Both the position numbers and the translations under genes were made by a program. A stretch of DNA of 64,000 nucleotides from the NCBI GenBank assembly GCA_047285535.1, contig JBJBDC010000001.1:1184136-1248135 (forward strand), given 5' to 3'. How positions within the stretch are numbered: position 1 is the first letter of the stretch; every line of letters begins with the position of its first letter. The stretch comes from Synechococcus sp. GTDB taxonomy: Bacteria > Cyanobacteriota > Cyanobacteriia > PCC-6307 > Cyanobiaceae. The notes below the pieces were generated by a model. The model had not been told where the DNA came from. It ran no database searches and saw nothing but the letters and a program-made list of their open reading frames with translations. This document shows positions 11,271-19,500 of this stretch, one piece after another.

Positions 11271-11785
11271 AAATACAGAAAAGAGGCGGGTCGACCGGTA
11301 ACAACTCAGCCTCGCACAAATCGATCAGGATGAGTGAGGACCAAAACCGCCAGGGGGCTTAGTGATAAGTAATTTCTTGGTCCATCAGCACACGGGCGCC
11401 ATGGCGCAAAGATCCGGTCATTTCCACTCTCTCATCATGAGAAAACTGAACGAACACCATCGCTCTCACTCAGACCGATCACGATCATATTATTGAACTC
11501 AACCGACGCAAAGCGCTCACATGAATCAAGGCAGCATCAAAAGAAACTCAGATCCAATTTATCTTTTACAACCCTCAATCTTGACATCGATAATTCCTTG
11601 ATTCCTGAAATTGCTTCTTTCACACAAGCAGGAAGACAAAGGCAAGATCTGTATGGCTTTAACGCTGCGATCGGCAAGAATCTTGGACAAACAAAAGGTT
11701 AGAATCATTGAAAGGAGTTAGATTAAATCAAAAAACCAATCCTGGGATGAAATAGTCCAAGGTGGAGACAAATCCAAATCAGCAA

Positions 11786-12499
11786 ATGACTGAGAACCGG
11801 AATCACTATCTGCGTCCTGTTTGTTGGTGTGGGGGGATTCTCCGACACCACTGGGTGAAGACATGGAGATCAAACCAAAAGAGGACAGAGCCCTTAACCG
11901 TATTAATTGATCATCGAGAAGAGAAATTCAATCCATTATCGATGCACGCCATGGAGACGTTACTCTCAAACAAAGAAATTGAAAGACAGTGCAGATATCG
12001 AAAATCCCGGGACCGCAAGCACTACTTGATCAGAACAGCAATACTAAGAGAGTTACTAGGAATAATTCTTGAAAAGGACGCATCAAGCCTGAGATTTTTC
12101 AAAAATGAGAATGGCAAACCATTTCTTGAAAAACCAACAAAAATTGAATTCAATGTGTCTCACTCCAACGGACTAACGCTGATGGCATTCCATCCAAACT
12201 GTAAGGTCGGCATCGACGTAGAACGAATCAATAAAGAACTAAATTGGAAACCCATTGCAGATCGATGGTTTCCAGCGAAGATCAAGAGAGAACTCCTTTC
12301 AATACCAACAGAGCAACGAAACGAAAAATTCTTTGAATTGTGGTGTCGATTTGAAGCTATTCTCAAATGCAGCGGCCAAGGGATTAAGGGTCTTAACCCC
12401 TCAAATCCTGAACTAGTAGATGCAAAGGAAGCAATCTGGAATCTGGATGTACCTGCAGGCTACAAAGCGATCGTAGCCATGGAGAAGGATCACTGCTAA
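11786..12499 (+). CDS. sfp: Sfp-type 4'-phosphopantetheinyl transferase
   Basis: NGKP, FNVSHS, VGIDVE, FFELWCRFEAILKCSGQG motifs. AT-rich. Start at ATG 11786 or GTG 11762. Confidence 0.92.
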   Translation: MTENRNHYLRPVCWCGGILRHHWVKTWRSNQKRTEPLTVLIDHREEKFNPLSMHAMETLLSNKEIERQCRYRKSRDRKHYLIRTAILRELLGIILEKDASSLRFFKNENGKPFLEKPTKIEFNVSHSNGLTLMAFHPNCKVGIDVERINKELNWKPIADRWFPAKIKRELLSIPTEQRNEKFFELWCRFEAILKCSGQGIKGLNPSNPELVDAKEAIWNLDVPAGYKAIVAMEKDHC

Positions 12500-12582
12500 A
12501 AAGACTCAACATCATGATGGCGTATCAATTCCAAACCCAACATCTAGATCGAAGAGGACATCAGATTAGGGAACGAATCTTG

Positions 12583-13554
12583 CTAAGACTTCCGAAGCGA
12601 TATTCTTAAATCATCTGAGCCTATGGCCGGCAAGTTGAGCAACGTTGGGCGAATCCTAAATAGATAAAAGCCGTCAAACTCGAAACAAACTGAATCCCAA
12701 TTTTCACCCATGATTTCCTGAGATAAAAATGGCATACTAGCCCGATTATAAGCCGTCAAAAACACCCTATAACCCGACAGCAACTCAGGACGCAAGCAAA
12801 CATTGAGATAGTGACGTGCTTTTATAATGCCGAAACGGAAAACAGTATCCGGATCACCCACAGGTAAAAATTCTCTCCGAACGAAAGCCTCAGGCAGCAG
12901 AGATCGGAACCGCAAGAGAGTATAGACATAATAGTGGAGACAGAAATAATAAAAACTACTGCGATCTATTAGATTTTCATACACCTCGTTAGCATTAATT
13001 GGTGTCTCAATACCGTTAATAGTGATGGAATCATCAACACAGACTGCTGGCATCCGAGGTTGCGATGAGAGGCCGTAGTAGCGAATCCCCAGAATGTAGC
13101 GACCTGGCGAAAGAGAAATTGAAGACCAGTCATTACCCGCATGCTCATTAAGCGAGCTAAATTGCGAAACAGTCGCAAATTCAGGAAATCTATAAACAAC
13201 ACCCGTCCACGAGTCTGCGCTTTGCATACAAACCGAAGTACGAATAGCAACACTCTTGGACACATTCAAAGGACCAATAGTTCCAATCAATGCATGAGTA
13301 TTCCAGCGTGGACCTGTTGTCATCAAGACAGGAAGACTGATTGGCATCTCCATTGTTGAGCGATCAAGCAGGCGCCAGGTTGTTGAGCGAGTTGATGACC
13401 GAGCCAGGAAACGACGATAAAGCCTGCTAATAAAATAACGATTAATTTTATAAAAGAAGAAGGATAAAATCGACAGAGGAATTTCCAAAGCCAAATAAGC
13501 CGAGGCGCAAATACCCTTGAATGAAAAAGACTTATAAGATTTGAATTGATTCAT
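12583..13554 (-). CDS. DUF6208-like protein, Ols-associated, function unknown
   Basis: EIPLSILSFFFYK, LPVLMTTGPRWNTHALIGTIGP and EFLPVGDPDT resemble, from recall, the protein encoded downstream of cyanobacterial ols genes. Its ATG overlaps the PKS stop (TAATG at 13552-13556). Confidence 0.72.
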   Translation of the reverse strand: MNQFKSYKSFSFKGICASAYLALEIPLSILSFFFYKINRYFISRLYRRFLARSSTRSTTWRLLDRSTMEMPISLPVLMTTGPRWNTHALIGTIGPLNVSKSVAIRTSVCMQSADSWTGVVYRFPEFATVSQFSSLNEHAGNDWSSISLSPGRYILGIRYYGLSSQPRMPAVCVDDSITINGIETPINANEVYENLIDRSSFYYFCLHYYVYTLLRFRSLLPEAFVRREFLPVGDPDTVFRFGIIKARHYLNVCLRPELLSGYRVFLTAYNRASMPFLSQEIMGENWDSVCFEFDGFYLFRIRPTLLNLPAIGSDDLRISLRKS

Positions 13555-16500
13555 TAATGTTGTCGCTGTTGACTGCCCACGAGGTTACGGTCGGATCGGA
13601 TTGAGTCTCCAAGGCCAGTTGCTTCAAGCACCTCGGCAACAATTGAGGCTGGAGAGTCAATGGTCAAATGATGACCTCCATCCACATCGAACCTGCGCGA
13701 ATATTTAAGCGCTTGTCTCAGATCATCAAGATCTTCTGGTCGGTTAAAACGACTTTCAACTCCGTAAAGTGACGTGACGGGACAACCAATATCAGCGAGA
13801 AGCTTGATGTAGGAAGAACGAGTAACAGGACCAGCCTGCAGGTTTAAACATGTACGGGACTGGAGAACAGGATCCCATCGCCATATCAATCCATCATGTG
13901 TTGAGCGAGTACCACGCTTGGCCAGGAGATGGGCAAATTCGTTTGACAAGCGCGGCATAACTTTCTGAAGTTTACTGACAGCGTCATTCAGTGACGACAT
14001 CGCTGGATGTTGTGGAGTGGATTTTCGATAATCCAACAAGGTCTGAATAGCTGAAACCGAATCATTTTCATTAGCAGGACTAGGGAGAACAGGTTCTACA
14101 AGTAAAAGATGACGTGTCTTTTGAGGCCTTAAATTAGCAATGATTGCAGCCAAAATAGAACCAAACGAATGCCCAATAAGTACCGCTGATTGATTAATTC
14201 GATCATCTAAAAGGCAGGCGATATCAGAAATAAAATCAATCAGCTGGTACGAACCGGGCGCATGCATCGATTGGGAAAGGCCATGCCCACGCAGATCTGG
14301 AGCAATCACTCGCAGACCGGCTGCAGCTAAAGGTTGAGCCACCAAATCCCATATAAGACTTTGATCGAGGATTCCATGCAAACAAACCACAGGAATTCCA
14401 TCCATTGGGCCCCACTCACATCCGCGGAGCTGAACGCCACCAATCCCCTGATAAGAAAATTCAGTGCGAGGTGTAGATGCTTGATACTGAAGAGAGATGG
14501 AGCGGAGATCTGGCTGGGAAGGTAGGCCAGAAACCTGGTAACCAAACTGCTCAGCGAGTTCGGCCGACTTCCGAGTCAGCTGATGATTGAGTTGAAGATT
14601 TTGCCAGTTAGTCGCGAGGGAAGAATCAATGGCTTGATGTTGTAGAAAGTTTGGATCACCAACTCCCATCGACTGCTGATGCAAACCGTCTGTGAGTCGT
14701 TCCCCCTTGTAAGGATTTAATAGTGCTGAATCGAAAGGAATTTCAAGAAAATCACAGAGCGGGATCAAAGAAGACTCTGGAGAGGCAACTAAATCCTCAT
14801 AGCGTAAGCTTATGAATTGGCGACTACCAAGTTTTTGACCTAAGGATTGAATGTTTGAATTCGAGTGTCTCCAAATTTCCTCAGCCAAAACATACGGATC
14901 TTCCTTTTCAAAGCCAAGCAGCTTATCCATTCTCATTTTCACAAAAGACTGAATAACGGGGAGAGGGTGTCGGATCAGATGAATAATTCTAAGATCTTCA
15001 AACATGCCTTCCAACTGATCAAGAACAGACATATTCATTGCATAACTTGGAGATTTATCAACTAAAAGCCTGCCATCTGATCTCGATTGGATGTAGCCAT
15101 AAACATCTGAGACAGGTAAAGAATCGTGCTCCCACTGTTCAACAAGACGAATACTATCTGGAGCAGAAAGAGAATCAATATCCATCAATAACCGTTGCAA
15201 TCCTTCTCCAAGATGTGAAAGTTGAAGATCCTCTTTTCGATCTTTCATTGTTGAGAAAGGAAGCAGATGAAGTTCAGGTGGAGAAAGAAGCTTAGGATGA
15301 CCAGCCAACATCACTCTAAGGAGAGTTGATCCAGATCTAGGACTAGAAAGAATGAAGCAAGCTTTGGGTAGTTTATTAACAAGAACAGTGGGTTTTTTCA
15401 CCTCAGACCACCAGCGATTCGCTGAATACAAGCTAGTTTGCTTAAGAGATTTCTCAACTAAGCTTTCTTGAGACTCAACGCAATGATTACGCTGAAACTC
15501 ATTAGCAAGATACCTAGACAGATCAAGGATTCTTGGATGTTGGTAGACTTCCCTTGGATAAACCATCAGATCAAAGTCTTGCTGAATACGGCTGATCGCA
15601 TCCATTACCATCAATGAATCAACTCCAGACTCCAAAAGATGAGTATCAGAAGTAATCGAATCATCAGAATCACCGATGAGTTCATTCAAAGTTGAAATTA
15701 GATAGTTAGAGAAGAAAGCAACTCGCTGATCCTTAGGCAGCTTGAGAAGCTTGTCTTTACCAGCCTCTTGACGACTTTTTGTACTTTCAAGAGTTGTGGT
15801 CAAGGCGCCAGAATCCGTAATAGATAGATTCTCTACAGAGTTGAAGAGCTTGAGAAAAGAAGCTTGTGGTCGACCTTGCAGAGTGTTGCAAAGCTGTTCC
15901 CAATCAGCATCAATGGCAATAACCACAGGTGGTATGCAGTTGGCATCAACAGAACTCAGCTGCAGCATCCGTGACAATAAATCGAGCGCCTGAGAAGACC
16001 TAATGGTCTTCAATCCTGCCGCCTGAAGGGTATCTTTCGAAGCAGGATGGGATGCCATGCCTTTTGCAGCCCAAGGCCCCCAATTGATACTTAAGGCAGG
16101 AAGACCAAGTTCTTTGCGTTGAATCGCAAAGGCATCCAAAGCTGCATTTGCTGCTGCATAGTGACTTTGCCCAGGAGAGCCGAAAACAGCTGCAGCGGAA
16201 GAAAACAGAATAAAGAATTGAACGGGTTTTTCAAGACTGAGTTGATGAAGATTCCAGGCTCCGAGCAACTTGGGTCTGATGACGGAATCCCAACGATCAA
16301 AACCAATGGAATGAACCGCACCATCATGCAGAACTCCAGCCGCGTGAAAAATTCCAAGAAGAGATTGTGCGGATTTGTCTAAAACTTCAATGACACGATC
16401 AATCGTCTCAGGATTAGCAACATCACCATTAATCAAGTCAATGGTGATGCCTTCAAAGCGCCATTGCTCAATACGCTGTTGAACCTCTGAATCAGCTTTA

Positions 16501-19500
16501 CTTCGACTAACAAGGATCAGTGACCGAGCACCTCGGTGAATCAGGTCTTGAGCCAACTCTTGACCAATGGCCCCAAGACCACCCGTAATCAACACGGCAC
16601 CATCTTGCGCAAATAAAGACTCGCGCAGGGGTAGCTCTAGGTCGCGACTCTCCAAAGATGAAGTCAACTTCTGGGCAGGAACAAGACGAGCTACCGAACG
16701 CATTCCCTTACAGAGGGAAATCTGAAGCTCTTTTTCGTGCCCCGCTCTGCTCTGCTGAAGTTCAGACTGAAGTTCAGACTGAAGTTGACTTTGTGCTGCT
16801 GGACTCAGTGAGTCATGCAGGTCAATGATTCCACCCACCAGATCAGGATGCTCAAGAGTCAAACTGCGAGCAAAGCCCTGTTGCAAGGCCTGACCTACAC
16901 TGCCATCAGTGGGTGATGCCGCAATCATCCAAAGACGCGGCGCTACCAATGATGATCGAAAGGACAGCAGTGCTTTCGCGAGAGCTAAATGGCGACGAGA
17001 AGATCCGGCAATAACAGGGATATCTTCGGAAGCAAAAACAGGTTCACTAATATCAAGAACACCAAGAATTTGAGCCTCAGATGCCGATGACAAGGATGAG
17101 AACAACAGATCCCAATGTTGTTGATCAGTAGCATCAAGCTCCCAATGATCATCGGAAATCTGTTGAACAAAACGGGCTTGCGTAATCCGACAACACGACT
17201 GGCCGACAGGTAGATGCTCTGCAAAAGCGGCAGCCCAAGAATCAGAAGAAAGGACAATCCACTGACCTTGTGGGCACTGATGAATATCCTGAATCGCTTG
17301 AGACGACTCTTGATGCCACTCAATCAGTTGCAACTCGGGTGAAAAAGACTCAAAGGCCGTTGAACCTCTCCTGAGGTTGGGGATGGATTGAAGCCCTTTC
17401 AGCCAATGTCTTCGATGTTGCCAAGGATAGGTAGGAAGCGGAATTCGATTTCGATGGAACGACTGATCAAAAACAGACCAATCAATGACGTAACCACCAC
17501 AGTGAAGCTGAGCAAGACTCTGAAGAATTTGAAGACTGTCAGAATGACGGGGGTGAAGGCTTGGAAGCCATAACAAGTTGCGTCCGGAAGGCTTATCAAT
17601 ATTTTTCTCGTAGGGAAAGCATGACTGCGCCATCTTTAACAATGTTGGACTGGGTCCAACCTCAACAAATGTTTTAACTCCCTTCTCAATGAGCCCGTGA
17701 ACACTTTGATAAAAATGAACGGGTTCTAAAACATGTCTACACCAATAGTCAGCTGTAGCAATCTCGTCGTCAATTTGCTCATGCGTAACATTAGAGATAA
17801 TCGGGATAGAAGGCTTAGAATAGTTAATTGTCCGCGTAACTAATGCAAATTCTTCAACCATCTCCTCCATCAGTGGAGAGTGAAATGCATGAGAGACATG
17901 AAGCCTCCGACTGACAATCCCTTCTTGGTCAAGAAGATCAACAAGTTTGTCAATCGAAAAGAGATCACCAGACAGAACACAATGGGTCGGGCCATTAAAT
18001 GCAGCCACAACCAATGCCAAAGAGTGCTTATGAACAATTGGTAATACGTGATCTGTTTCAGCAAAAACAGAAAGCATTCCACCTGGAGTTTTGACACCAC
18101 CCATCAGGGCGGCTCTGGCAGTGACAAGTCTCAGGCCATCCTCAAAATTGAAAACGCCTGCAACACATGCCGCCGAGAGTTCACCAACGCTGTGGCCCAT
18201 TAGCCAATCAGGATGAACACCCCAGCTTTGCCAGAGACGACAAAGCCCCACTTCCAAGACGAACAAAGCAACCTGAGAAAAACGCGTTTGATGCAGAGGG
18301 GCGCTGGTTTCGTCTAAAAGATGATTCGATGCATCACCAAAGATCAGTTCAGGAAGAGAGATCCCAAGCCCATCACCATGATTCTCTTGATTTAACAACG
18401 AATCCGCAGAATCAATGAATTGTTTGAAAAGAGGTTGGGTTTTATAAAGCTCACGCCCCATTCCTAAATACTGAGCACCCTGACCTGTAAAAAGAAAAGC
18501 GATTGGGGGCAAAACTACGGGTGCTTCACCTTCAAAGGATTGATGCTTTGCGTTGGTAGAAGCGATTTGCCCCTCTTGGGTGGACCTGAGAGATTGCTCC
18601 AACTCTGAGATCGATGAACCCACCCACGCGAATCGATTTGGCAGCAAAGAACGACCTGTATTGGCCGAAAAGCAAAGGTCTGAAAGTCGAAGGTCTGCAG
18701 ATGCTTGCTGAGAAGTATCCAGTAAATCTGCATAGCGCAAACGAAGCTGATCAAGCGCTTCCCCACTACGCGCAGTGAGTGTCAAAACATGGAATGGTCG
18801 CTCGATCAACCCATCTATCTGCTCAGAAGATGGAAATGCTGGTGGAGAGGAAAGAATTAAATGAGCATTTGTGCCACCGAAGCCGAAAGAACTCACACCA
18901 GCATGCTTAGTCTCATCAGACCAAGGCACACTCTCTGTGGGTATTTTGATTCGAGTTCCATCAATCTTGATCAACGGATTGAGAGATTTAAAATTTAGAT
19001 TTGGAGGGATGGAGTGATGTTGAATTGCCAGCAGAGTCTTAATGACTCCTGCAATGCCTGCTGCAGCCTCTAAATGACCAATATTCGTTTTAACTGATCC
19101 AACCCAGCAAGGAGTTTGAGTTTGTTCACCATGACTAAAAATTTGACGCAATGCGTTAATTTCAATCGGATCTCCAAGAGAGGTGCCAGTTCCATGGGCT
19201 TCGACGTAACTGATCTCTGAGGCTTTAAGACGAGCCTGATGTAACGCATCTCTAACGACACGTTTCTGAGCATCGCCAGAAGGAGCCGTTAACCCATTAC
19301 TACGTCCATCCTGAGTGATTGCAGATCCGGACACAACACCAACAATATTATCTGAATCTTTGACAGCTTCACTGAGTCTTTTCAGCAAAATAACTCCACA
19401 ACCTTCTCCCCGTACATACCCATCGGCGGCTTCATCAAATGCTTTGCAAAGGCCGTCCGGAGACAGCATGCCAGCCTGTTGAAAAGTATTGGTCAGCTCA

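Noticed and set aside
11493..11702. 69-aa TTG-start ORF upstream of sfp
   Set aside because: No recognisable motif and a weak start. Treated as spacer.
16755..16786. Short tandem repeats in ols (and in cobO at 34898-34927) as CRISPR or phase-variation tracts
   Set aside because: Only 2-3 units, in-frame, with no spacers. Simple slippage duplications.
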